From the human T2T-CHM13v2.0 reference genome, Homo sapiens: a DNA stretch of 64,000 nt. Position numbers and translations under genes: made by a program. The stretch's first letter is position 1; each line of letters opens with the position of its first letter. This document shows positions 38,031 to 53,576 of the stretch, piece by piece. The DNA is taken from NCBI RefSeq assembly GCF_009914755.1, contig NC_060934.1; one strand, 5' to 3'. The notes beneath the pieces are model-generated. The model did no database searches. It saw nothing but the letters and a program-made list of their open reading frames with translations, and was not told the DNA's origin.

Positions 38031-38658
38031 GGTGTTATGGTAATAAAAATGGGCCAAACACACAACTCAATAATAGTAGAGCAGAATTTTTTTAAAGGTA
38101 GGTCAAACAGCTTTATTTTAAAATCGAGCTTAAGAAAAGGTTATTGGAATGCGTACATGCTAGTGTTGTCAGTTGAAGAAATAAGAAATATCACTTCTAA
38201 TACCTCATCACTGATGACTGTGTAACCCTAAAATTGTTAGAGTTGAAGAATATAAGAACTTCATATAATTTTTCATTCTCTGAATCAAAAAGACTGCATT
38301 CCGTCTCAGTTTTGCTATTTGTGTGACCTCAGAAGAGAAAAGGAAAACAAAATGGAAAAGAAAGGAAAAATGGTTTCTCCATATATGATCAGTTTACCTG
38401 TAAAATGAAACCCACGTTATCTACCCTACATGTTTGTTTTTTAAAAACCTTAATGAGCACATTGGGAATATAACCAAGCACAATGCCTGGCAAATTATAG
38501 GTAGCTTGTAAATGTTTGTTTATTTTTGTTATATTTGTTTATTCTTCCACAGATAACACAGAAAGATGAGGAAGTCTTAAATAGTTCATAAGACTGGACC
38601 ATTTGTTTTCAGATTTGTTTAGATATAAAACTCTTCATTTAAAAAATATATTGGAGAC

Positions 38659-39006
<348 letters not shown>

Positions 39007-39600
39007 CTAGTTATGCAAGGGTCTTGCTCCACCCGCCACCCATCCCCCTCATGACCCTTGACCCTGGACCATACTGTCTGCAGGACCAGGTAAATGAAGG
39101 AGACATCAGCCAAGAGTGATGTTGGCTAGGGGGAAGGGGCGGTTTGTGGGCAAGTTGATACGTTAAGATTTCAGTGTGATGAGATGAAATACTTATAGGT
39201 TATTTAGTTGAAAATGTTGAATAGGCATCTTCATATTTTGGCCTTAGTGTCAATCAGTGCTAATCCAGACCAAAATTTTGAAGACGTATTTTAAACTTAC
39301 TTTCGAAACTGTGGGCAGGGATGAGATCACTAAAGAAACTGTAGCATGACAAGAGGAGAGGGCCAAGTAAGGTTGGGTGAAAGAAGAGGAGTTTGTAAAG
39401 GAGAAGGAAGGAGCATGAGAAGACCTATAATGGGAAAACTGGGACATGAGGACATTGGCAAGGGTTGAGGAATGAAGAAGAAGTGAGAAAACAGACAATG
39501 AAGTGAAGATTGAAATGTGTGAGAAATTGTTAGCTAGAGGTTGAAGAGAAGTTAAGAAAATGTTTAAGATGGAGTGGAGCACATTTAAAAGTGAGATGAA

Positions 39601-39900
39601 GGCCGGGCACAGTGGCTCACACCCGTAATCCCAGCACTTTGGGAGGTCGAGGCGGGCGGATCACGAGGTCAGGAGATCGAGACCACCCTGGCCAACACGG
39701 TGAAACCCCGTCTCTACTAAAAATACAAAAATTAGCCAGGCATGGTGGCAGCTGCCTGTAATCCCAGCTACTCTGGAGGCTGAGGCAGGAGAATCTCTTG
39801 AACCTGGGAGTTGGAGGTTGCAGTGAGCCAAGATTGCCACTGCACTCCAGCCTGGCAACAGAACAAGACTCTGTCTCAAAAAAAAAAAAAAAAAAAAAAA
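39601..39900 (+). mobile_element. AluSc-like
   Basis: Full dimer with a pure poly-A tail; TSD agtgagatgaa. Confidence 0.92.
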
Positions 39901-40931
39901 GAGTGAGATGAAAATAATTCGTGGAACAGAAAGACTGAAGATACTGTAAATAAGCAGATGATAGAGAAAGCTTCTTTAGAAGACAGCAGGAGACAGATGC
40001 TAGTGTAATTGTGGGCACAGAGAAGTTTGTAGGGAATTGACAGAGCTCTCCTTCAATACTGGTGGCCTCACCGGTATTTCCTGTGGAGTTAGATGTGTAG
40101 AAGGGGAAAGAAGGTCATGGGAAGAGTCTTGAAAGTGCTAAAGATTGAAATCATTGCTTCATATTCATGCTTTACACTTATCTTAAGACTTACTAGGGTC
40201 AGATCCTGAAACAGGCACTAGAAAATAGCAGTAAGCAAAACGCGCATGGTCCCTGCCCTTAGCTGGGTTAGCTGGTAAACAGCTAGTATTGGAGGCATAC
40301 ATGAAGCTGGAATTAAAAATGTTCTTTGGCATCACTCGGTGCTCTAGGGGATGGTTTTAGGTTGGTCCTGGATGTATGGTGGAATAACTAAGAGGTAAAA
40401 GGGTTGGGGCAAGATAAGTTGATAATTCAACAAATGTCTGCCGAGCATCTCCTGCATGCAGGCATCATGCAAGGGAGCTGTCGAAGCAGTAGATCTTGAT
40501 GGGCTGAGGGATTTGAAAAACAACTCTAGGAAGAGACAGATAAATACATGAGAGAAAATAATAGATTTGATCTACATGTACTATATTAACTTTATGATAT
40601 GTTGATCATTATTTTATGTGTTCCCCTTTAGAACCACTATACTGTTCAATTATGATGTAATTCATGAGCTTGAAATACATAAATTAATGTTGCAGCTAGT
40701 CAGTGACTAACAGTAAACCAGTGACATTAAACATCTGGCAGTGCTTGGGACAGTGCCTTACAACAAAGAACCATCCCACCAAAAATACCAATCCTACAGC
40801 CCCACCGAAAGACTTGGAGATAGACAGTAATTTGGAAATGCAGAGCTTTTGTTTAGCTTGTTAATTCAAAATGTTGATTATATGATCTGCAAACCAACAA
40901 TTGTGAAGAGACCCTTTAACATCAGACTTAG

Positions 40932-41510
<579 letters not shown>

Positions 41511-42048
41511 GTTTTTGTTTTCTTTTACAGCATTTCAGATTGTTTTACCCCTAGCCAAAAATTGAACAGTTGAATGGTACAATTACACTTAGTATTTCAA
41601 CTTTCTCATTTGATAACGCAAACTTAAGATGAGTTTAATGTTTGTCAAGTTCCATAAACAGATGCTTTTATCTTATAGGGAAGACATCATCGCAGTTTTT
41701 TCTATTTATATTAAGTCTGGTAATTATTTAAATGCTCCACCAGAAATGATCTAGGTAACAATTTTTGTTTAAAAATTTTAACAATATAATTAAGTCCAAA
41801 AGTTAACCCAAACAAATAGAAATAACTACCATATTTATATAGCATGATTAAAGTTTGCAGAATTTCTCATGATGCCAGGTAGCCTTCAGTTGTACAGAAT
41901 GGCCCAGATTGTCTTTCTGTCTAAATTTTAGCCATATTTAAGGCTTCAACTTTTTAACTCAGTTTGTGGGAGTGGGAGAGTAGGAGAAGTGGTAGGAGGT
42001 ACTTTTGTTGAAAAACCATATTGAACTTTAATGTGCTAACTTCCACAG

Positions 42049-42131
42049 ATAAAAGTGGAACCAGTCGCTCTGGCCCCGAGTCCAGTTATCCCCAGATTAA
42101 CTCTCCGAGTCGGTGCTGGCCAAGACAAGAT
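42049..42131 (+). CDS. TAF3: TAF3 83-nt coding exon (exon 4): IKVEPVALAPSPVIPRLTLRVGAGQDK(I)
   Basis: Acceptor ttccacAG (42047-48) and donor AT|GTAAGT (42132). The manual translation continues the recalled TAF3 sequence in frame from exon 3. Confidence 0.95.
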
Positions 42132-43700
42132 GTAAGTATAAACGTTTTGAATCAGGGTGAAACAAATGAAATTTAACCTTCTCTACTCTTTCCTAAGGGA
42201 CTTAGAATTCCACAAGCTTCTCCCAGGTATGAACCTGTAGGGTCAAGCTTTATTTTTAGAACTCTTCGTTTTCAAGTTTTTATTGGTTTCTTTCACAGAG
42301 TAAATGCTTTTTGCTTTATTTGACGTAAAGGATTTTTTTTTCTTGTTCTTTTTCTCTTTTTTAAAGACTAGCACCTGACATTATTTCTGCATAGTCTTTA
42401 AGGTCCCACTTATCTGAAAAATAAGAAACTCTGTACTGAATGGACTTACTGCCACATTACACCCAGGTGGATGCAATGTTACACTTTCCCAAGTACATAG
42501 TATCTGTCACCATGACAAAGAACAAAGATTCTCTTTTTGCTCAGATGGCACATGGTTTTATTCTGTACCTGTAAAACAAAGAAATGCCAAAGGCTTGGAG
42601 AGACAGTATGTAATAGTCACAACTGATGACTTAGTCCACTTTTTTTTAAGGAAGCCCTAGAAATGCAAACCCCACGTTTGCTGTTTATTTGTCTTAATTT
42701 TCATGGAATCATCATATCAACCCACTCGTCTTTACAGTTAATCTGTTGGATATTTTTCTTTTATTCATTTTTTGGGGAAGCATTAAGGCCTACAGTACTC
42801 TTACCTGATCCTAATAAGATAATGAAACATTGATTTTTTTTTTTGGAACTCATGTTGAAAATCATTCCCCTTGTTCTAAAAGCATATTATGCATCATTTA
42901 AATAAAATACACAAGATAAAAATTCTACAACCTTACTTTTCCCATTAAGCCTGAAAATGCAGTTTACATTGCAATCAAATATTGTGTTGAAAATAGGCTT
43001 ACAAGGCATTCCATTTACATTCAATTTTTAGCCATAAAAGTGAGAGTAGGAGCCATGAATTTATTTAGTAGAGAGGACAGAAAATTTGCTTTGTATTCTC
43101 AGTGGTTCATTTCATCTTAAAAGTTACATGTATTGATACTGTTGCTTCTGTCAGTTCCACGTGTAGTGCAAAGAAAAAGTCCAGCATGATTCTGATGAAT
43201 GTGAGCAGAGAGGCAACTTGGTTTTCCAGGGGAGTGTATACCCCTCTGAAGATTTAAAGGAGAAAATCTGATGGCTTCTGTTTTTCTCACCTAAATTCTC
43301 TGGATAATTTCCACATTACTCTTTTCGGTTGTGCCAGTAGAGACCTAGGAAATGCAGCAAAAATCCTGTGGATTCAGTGCTTTTGAAACCAGCTATCTGG
43401 TATACCTAATGCCCCTATCTTACCTACAGAAGCATGAAGAATGTCCTCATCCCTTAACCAGTAGAGCTTAGAGAAGACCCAACCAAAGTAAATCTTCCAT
43501 CTCCATGCAAATTCTGCATATGGGCTCATTTCTCTAAGAGGAAGATGTTGTTATCCATCATTCAACAAGTACTTTTCTCCTGCAGTTTATATTTATTCCC
43601 ATGTCTCAGTAACTCACCATTACTTAATCTTGACTCCCACACAGAAGTTTGGCTTGCTCATACCCTTTAGAGGAATAAGATTTGTTAAAAGGCATTGAAA

Positions 43701-43866
43701 AGCCAGGTATGGTAGGCCATGCCTGTAGTCCCAGTTACTTGGGAGGCTGAGGCAGGAAGATCACTTGAGGCCAGGAGTTCAAGGCTGCAGTGAGCTATGA
43801 TCGTGCCCACTGCACTCCAGCCTGGGCAACAGAGCCAGATCCTGTCTCTAAAAATAAAAAATAAAA
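43701..43866 (+). mobile_element. FRAM / Alu monomer
   Basis: Single monomer with an A-tail; TSD aaaaggcattga (43687-98 and 44179-90). Confidence 0.85.
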
Positions 43867-43869
43867 GGC

Positions 43870-44245
<376 letters not shown>

Positions 44246-44652
44246 TTATTCTGTTTTCCCCCTCAATAAATCACTCATACACCTGAGATATTGAAAGATA
44301 TGAGAAATCCTATTTGGAACAGAATGTCTAGTATCACGGAAATTATAACACCCAGGTATTCTAGACAAATTGCCCTTGAAAGCATATTATATATCATGTA
44401 AACTTTCAGATATGTAGGTAATGACTGCCATGTTATATGAAGGATTAATCATTTGACCAAAGGCAGATGCAAGAAAATCCTTATAATGAACAAAGAGATA
44501 AATGAAGTGAAATAGATTACATTTTAAATTAAAATAGAGCGAGAAAGAAAGAGGACTAAATCTAATAGTAATAGAATTTTATGTAAAATAAAACTTATTC
44601 AGTAAAGTGCTTTTTGTGGGGTGGGGTGGTGGGGTGGGGGGTGGTTCTAAAT

Positions 44653-44810
44653 CAGGGGTCAGCAAATTATGGGCCAAATCCAGGCCACTGCCTGTTTTCT
44701 GTGACCTGAAAGTTAAGAATGTGTTTTATATTTCTTAGTGGCTGGAAAAAAATTAAAAGAAGAATGTATTATGACACATGAAAATATGTAACATTCAAAT
44801 TTCAGTGATC
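44653..44810. mobile_element. MER58B-like (hAT-Charlie) fragment
   Basis: caggggtcagcaaattatgggccaaatcc...ccactgcctgtttt...attcaaatttcagtg. Confidence 0.75.
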
Positions 44811-47189
44811 CTCCGTGGTTGTAGCATGATACATGGCTTAGTCCATGGTGATAATGGGGAGGGAGGTGACAGATTCCTGTCACTGTGCCTGTGGTTACCC
44901 AGTTTGCACACACCTTGGGGGGGAATAATACTCTTTTGAAGTGAAATTAATGAGCAGACTGGGATTCAAAAGGGGGAGTTTGAATAGTCCAGGGGGGTAT
45001 TTATTGCTGAAGAACAGGCAGAATCATCTTTTGAAATTAGGAAAAACGAAAAAGCTTTACAGGGTTCAAATTATACCTTCTAGTTGGAAGATCTTTAAGA
45101 CAGTATTTACTTTCTGAGTCTTAAATAAAGCAGTTATGTCTTCTGCCCTTGATCCAGAAAAGTACTTTGAGCTTGGATTGTTTCCTGTGTTCCCTATTAT
45201 TGTTCCTTGAAGCAAGACAGGAATAACTTGTTTTTCCCTTGATTTAACATTCCTGGAAACTGTATTCTAAAGGAGTCAATGGTGAGTCCAGGACCTCCTC
45301 CTGATAGTGTTAAAATTCAAGATGACTTTCCAAGAACCTCAGATTCCTTTAACAGATCTTCCAGTAATGGGTGTCCAGAGTTCCCTGTAGTCTATATTGA
45401 AGATAAAACCAAAACCTAACCCTGAAATTACAGTCTCAACACCTAGAGACAACATATCCAAGTGAATTGCTGAAATATCTGGTCCAGCCTAGCAGAAGCC
45501 TTGCCTTGATGCTGGGATAGCAAGTAAGTTTCAGCTTGCCTCAGAGCCACTGCCTGCAACTCTGTTGATGGGATCCTGAGGTCCCACTTGGACTTGGGGC
45601 TGGGAGCAGGGTGAGTGTGACAGCCACCATGGAGGCCAGGGCAGGTGGCAAAGCAGGCACCAGGTTATTTGTCCTCCCCATCTTACTGTGTATTGAGTTT
45701 GGTCATTTTGAGCAAGTGTAGGTAGAATTGGCTAACTTACAGTGTTCATCCTTTTCCTCATTTCTGTCAAGAAAATAGGAGCAAGGTAATGTGATGGATT
45801 TTAGGGACAGGGGCTGTTTGGATGGAACTGTCAAGAAAGACTTGGCAGAATAGGGCCTGCAACTCTTCTATAAAGCTCAAATTCAGGTAAAGGAGCTTTG
45901 TGAGAAAAAGGTGAAACACTGGTAAAGTATTAACAAAAAATACAAATTTGCATAAAGATTTGGGGCTGAATATAGGGTAGAGGAATAAGCATTCTTCCCC
46001 TCAGATTTCTCAAACGTCTCTTTTGCTGCTGTCTTCTCCCAAGGACTGAAGAGGAAGCCTCCTCCCTCTTCCATCTATTCACCCACCCTTGCCCTCGGGC
46101 AGTGGGTCCCCCATGCCCAGGTCCATGGTGAGCAGCTCCTCCTCCTCCTGCTTTCAGAGCACTCCTGCCTTTATCAGCAAGCACCAGAGAAGGGGTGACT
46201 GGTTGGGCCCCTCTAGACATCCCATCATGCATGGTCATGTTTTCTCTAATAAATATCTCATAATATATTGGATCAGGTGATATTGGAACCATTTGAGATG
46301 CCTTTCAGAGAACAATATTATTATCAATGGTAATTCTAAATTCCCTTTGAGAGTTCACAGTAGGTATTCTGTTTAACAAATATAACTCCTTTTTCAAAAT
46401 ATACAAATTATGTCAAGATATTTTTCAGAAACCACTTTACCTCTGGCATTAGTTTTCTTTCTGCTGACATTTTGATTTCTGGTGGCAAGTGGATTGATTT
46501 CTTACAATTCAGTAACTTCATCATCAGCCCTCGTCCTAACAAAGGTGCTGAGAATGTGATGCTTTCCTTTACATGTCATTTACTTTTTTTTGTTGCATTT
46601 CACAGAGTTTAACTTAAGCCTTGTGGGGGCTTTTTAATACTTGTAATGTCTAAATTTTTTCTATATATAATGAAAATGAGAGCTAAAGCTTTGCTTGTTA
46701 ATCTTTAAAATCAATATGTATAGACACTTGTCTTTGAGTGATCTAAACTTTTCCAGTTAATGCTTTTTGACAATAGTAGTGAAGAATAATCATGGGCAGT
46801 TACAAAAATAATCATTTAAAATATTTTTAAGGAAAATAAGCATTTTATATTTTAAAATATAGCCAGATTTAGCCAAATGACATTCAACAGAGTGAAGCTT
46901 GCAGTGGTATTTTAGTGAAACATTCTTTAGAGAAATAATAGTAAATGTTTTTTATCTCACTTTCTGAATTTTCCTTTCTATACTTGAAGTGCTTTTTATT
47001 CATATATAACTTTTTTCCTAGTCTAAACAAATTTAGGGGAAAGTAAAGAGAGTATATATAGTACAGTCGGAAATAGAAATAGATCTTCTTCCCTAAGATC
47101 AAGGGAAGAAAAAAGAAGCAAATGATTGTAGGTCAAATATGATCATACCTTCCTAGCAGTAAGGGCAAAAAAATACATTTTTAAAATTA

Positions 47190-47504
<315 letters not shown>

Positions 47505-48481
47505 TGAAATACATTTTTTTTTAAAGGAAGGTGTTTTACTTTCTCAGGAGAGAGTTTTTCAAGGCAGTAAATTTAAAAATTAACTTCTATGTGGGAGCAG
47601 ATGACAAAGATGGTGTCCTCCACAGCGGTTTTTATAGGTGACCCAAAGGCATTTTTTGTTGACTTTTGCACACTTTCCAAGAGGAAAGCATGAAAGAACA
47701 GCTCAGTGCTGACAGCTCTTAAGCACCTCTTCATCTCTAGTGGAAACACTCCTATTTCCTTTTCTGAACTGTGTTAATCAAGACTCTTGGTGGCAAGTAA
47801 CAGAAATCCAAATCAAACCGTCTTGGAGGGGAAAACAGCAGGGGTGGATGTGACTTCGGCGGGGCCACCTGCAGGCTTGCCAAGTATCCTAGGGCTCTGC
47901 CCACCCTCCTCTTCTCATCTGGCCTCTGCGGTGGCAGAGGTGGTCCTGGCCACTCAGGCTGTTGTGATTCTTGGTGCTCACAGTCCCTGGCGAAGCCCCG
48001 CTTCCCGGGCCTCCGTTATCAGCCCCCGTGAAGGACTTCGCTTCAGCAGCCCCTGTGGTAGGGAGGCTGCCCTGTCAGAAGGGGAAGTGGTAGGTTCCAG
48101 AAGGAAAGGAGGGCTCACACCAGAATAAGGGGCAAGAGGCAGGCAAAGGCGATTTATATGTTTTATTGTAGTTAGGAAAAGGCTGTCAGTTTTGCATTTT
48201 TATACAAGTGTCCTGGGGAGGCAGGGCAAAGAACCTAGTTGGTGTACAAAAGGATACTTTAGATGTAACGTTTGGGAACATTTCAGAACGTCATCCTGTC
48301 AGACTTGGAAGGCCTTTTGCTTTTCTGTTTTTAATATTTTCTTCCTAACAAAACTGTCTGCTTTTGATTTAAAAACAACAACAACAACACAAAAAAAGAT
48401 TAAAGAATGTTGGAGTTTTATTTTTCCCTGATTAACTTGCTACAGAAACTGAAACATTTCATAGGTATTTTGCCTACGTTA

Positions 48482-48676
<195 letters not shown>

Positions 48677-50513
48677 TTTTTAAAAAGCAAAATAACAACA
48701 ATGACAAAAAGAATTTTAAGAATGACTGGTGAAGTTCACAAGTGACATTTAACATTTTTAAATGACTGTATTTAAAATTTTCAAATGACCTATTTTTAAT
48801 GCTAGGGAAAGATGCTAACATTACCAGTGAAATTCCTAGGCTCTGAACAACTGCAACAAAGGTTGTGAGTTTGATACGTCATTCTTGCTACCTTCCTGTA
48901 CTTACAAATTCAGCAGTCCCAAACCCATAGATCTTCATCCCTTTTCTGATTTTTCCAGAAAAGGAGTTTTTGACTTCCTTATATTACTGTCTTATTTTTA
49001 CCACCTAGAACAATGATATAGTCTCTAAATTTAGTTTTTACCCCGGCACAATACTGTTTATTCATTAACACCAAAGATGCAATATGTTTACTAGAAAAAA
49101 ATAGTAAACTGTCAGAAAAACTGGCTTTAGGTTTTCAGAAATACTTTTACTGCACAGTAAAACAAGTGGAGAGATTATAATCAAAGCATTTCCATCTTAC
49201 TTGTAAACAATTACAGCAGTTCTTACATAGATGCCGCATTAGAAGACTCAGGAAAATTTACTGGATTCCATTCTAATGCAATTAGAGCTAATTTTGTTCT
49301 TTAAATGAATAAAAGGTCAGCTAGTAAATCTAGCTTATCTTGAGTCCAGACTTCAATAAATTGTTTTATTTAATTTGTTGTAAAAGATCTTATCCTTAAT
49401 GGGTCCAGGTCTTATTAGTTCCCTTAGGTTTTAAAATATTTATGACCACCTTTTTAGATATGATTTGAATGATAGTTGGAAACTTTCTCTCCGCAGTGTT
49501 ATCAAGGTCCACGATCACTAATTGAGTGAATATAGGAAAGTACTTAAGATTCATTATCTAGAAAAAGCTGATGTGGACTTCCAGAATTTAAATGTTCCTT
49601 AACCTGTGACAGGCAGAGATAATTTAGCTGTATCATGGAAACCTTTTGGATGCTATCTGATTATAATTTCTCCTAAAGATCAAACTACTCACACTTCTGG
49701 CATTTAAAAAAAGAATATGTTTCCTACAGATGAAAACACTTAGGCACTCTTTATTACCAAGAACATGGAACGTTTCAATCCTTTGCATTCTGTTATTTCC
49801 TGTTATGTTATGGGCCTATACTGTGTTCAGATACTTACATAAAGATTGCAGCTGCATGGTGCAACATCTCTTCGCTTTTCCCACGCCTGCCTGCATAGCT
49901 TCTAGAGTGAATATCCACGTCACTGCAGGACTGCTGTCATTTAGAATATGCACAGTCTTTTTTAATGTGGTAGCCACAAGTCTCAGCATGTGGAACTGCC
50001 TCGCCATGTTACCCCAGCTGATTAGACTTGCCTTTTGGGTTCCAAACCTTCTTACATCCCCCACGGCTTGTCGTCCAGGCTCTAGGAAAGAGTATGTGTC
50101 TATGGTCAGCCCTCCTCAGCTGCTGGCCTCCATTCCTACCTTGCCTGCCCCGGCTGGAACTTCGTTCCCTCTCTTAGCTCCTCTCCTCTGTGTCTTCCTC
50201 TTCTTTTTTCTCATTTTTGTCCAGCCTTTCATTCTCCCATGCTAACCCTCCTCACCTTCATCAAGCCTTCCCTCTGTATGAGAAAAAGGCTATGTAACAT
50301 CTGCTTTTCATGCTGCTTCTCAAAACTTATTCTTTAGTTTTACTTTCTTCTAATTGTTCACTCCTAAACCTTCTGTATTCTGGTTTCTGCCCTAGAAACT
50401 TTTCTACAGCTTCTTGTTAAGACCATTAGATGCTTCCCAATTCCCAGTTCCAGAGAACATGCAGCAGCTCTTATTGTACAAACCCGGTCTGCCGTTTGGA
50501 CTCTGTCCCCTAA

Positions 50514-51035
<522 letters not shown>

Positions 51036-51821
51036 TGATGATTCCCATTTCTTTATTACTAGCTCATATTTCTCCTTCAAGAGTCAGACTAATCTGCCAA
51101 GTTACTGGAAAGTTCTGCCTGGGTGAACCAGCAGCACCTCAAAAATAGCATTTCCAAAACTGAACCCAGCATTATTTCCGCCAGTGTGGTTCTTCTTCTT
51201 TTTCGTATATGTTGGTGATGAGACCAGTGCCTCCATTTTCAAGCCATTTTGGGCATTAGGGTAACTTGAATGGAGGCAAAAACTATCTAATAGAATTGGG
51301 AGATTTTCTTTATGTCATAATGTCAGACTGGGTGTCCTGAAAACAAAGATAAATGTCTTCTTAGCTCCAAAAGTTTCCCAAGCTGAACAAAACCAAGGAA
51401 AGGCCTTGTCCTAGAAGTCTCCTTTGATATTCACTTGGACTCTCAGCATCTTGTAACTTCCGCTCAGCATCTTCAAGCTTGGCTGTCTCCTCCTTGTCTA
51501 GACACAAATGGTCAGGTCAGTAGCAGCCAATGAGAGAAAGAAGTCCATATCCTTATTCACAGGGATCCATAACTCACCCCAAGCAAAGATACCTTCAGCT
51601 AAGAAACAGGGGAAAAAAGGATATGTAGCTAGGATTTTAATAAATGAAGATTACATAAGAAGATCTGAGAAGCAAAACACTTAAAAGTCTGATCAGGACA
51701 TAATAGGCTTTCAAAGAACAGATTAACTGCTTCAAAATATGTAACCTAGAAAGCAGAAGTTTCCCCCACATCTCACCCTTCCCCCAGGTTAATCACTGCT
51801 GACTGTGCCGTGTGTATTTCA

Positions 51822-52140
<319 letters not shown>

Positions 52141-52986
52141 GAACTTAGAATTATCTTACACATACTGTTCAGCAGCTTATCCCCTCCCCTCTAACAGATC
52201 ATGAACATTTTTCCATGTCTGTATGACATGGTATTTCATTTTACTGTTGTATCATCATTTATCTTGCCAGTCACCAGTTTTCATACATTTAAGTTGTCAA
52301 AGGTTTTGCTATAACAAATAAAGAAACAACATCCTCATATATAGATTTTTGTTTATTCAGTGTTACTAGGTCAAAGAATGTAAACATTTAAAATGTTTAA
52401 GAGATTATTATGCCAAATTATCTTCTAAAAGGCTATACCAATTAAAATTCTCACCAGCCGTACATGAGGATGAAATGACCCTATATTTAAGAAGAATTAG
52501 TGAAATCCTATTGTTCTAAAATTGAGCAAGACTCTGGGCAACTAGTAGTGAATTTATATGAAAAGCTAGATCCATTCTTCTCCCTCGTGGGCCTGTGAGT
52601 TCATTTCATAGAAATCCTTTCTTCTTTGGGGGAAGCTATTGGTTGAAGAATAGTTAACATCTTTATTCAGGCTATTCCCAGATCTCTTCTGAAATCTGTA
52701 GGTCCTTGGTGCTGGCTCCGTCTCAGGTGAGTTTTTCTTCATTAAGTGCACTACTCATGTGAACATAATACTACAGAGAATTGCCTTCTCTGTGATAGTG
52801 TTTGTGCTTTGGAGTACATGTATCAAATTCATCTGTGAAGGAACCTGGGAAATATTATGAATTTAGTCATAATATTTATAAGTAACTTATGTTTGTAAGT
52901 AATGTTTATAAGTAACCAATTTTTAAAAACAGCTTTTAAGGCCAATATATTTGATGTTGTTACTGCTATTAAATCAAGGTTATCAG

Positions 52987-53543
52987 GGCTGGGTAGGGTA
53001 GCTCATGCCTATAATCCCAGCACTGCGGGAGGATCGCTTGAGGCTGGGAGTTTGAGAATAGTCTGGACAACATAGCAAGATCGTGTCTCTACAAAATATT
53101 AAAAAGATATCCGGGGCTGGGCACAGTGGCTCACGCTTATAATCCTAACACTTTGGGAGGCCAAGGCAAACAGATGAGTTGAAATCAGGAGTTCGAGACC
53201 AGCCTGGCCAACATGGTGAAACCCTGTTTCTACTAAAAATACAGAAATTACACCTGTTATCCCAGCTACTCAGGAGGTTGAGGCAGGAGAATCACTTGAA
53301 CCCAGGAGGTAGAGGTTGCAGTGAGCCAAGATTGTGCCACTACATTTCAGACCTGGGCAACAGAGTGAGACCCTGTCTCAAAAAAAAAAAAAGAAGCCAG
53401 ATATAATGGTGTGCACCTGTAGTCCCAGCCATTTGGAAAGCTAAGGCAGGAGGACCACTTGAGCCCAGGAGTTTGAGGCTACAGTGAGCTGTGATCACCA
53501 CTGCACTCCAGCCTGGACAATAGAGTGAGATTCTGTCTCTCAG

Positions 53544-53572
<29 letters not shown>
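52987..53572 (+). mobile_element. AluJ interrupted in its A-rich linker by an AluS (about 53115-53395)
   Basis: Left arm, complete second Alu, then right arm; outer TSD aaatcaaggttatca / aaatcaagattatca. Confidence 0.88.
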
Positions 53573-53576
<4 letters not shown>

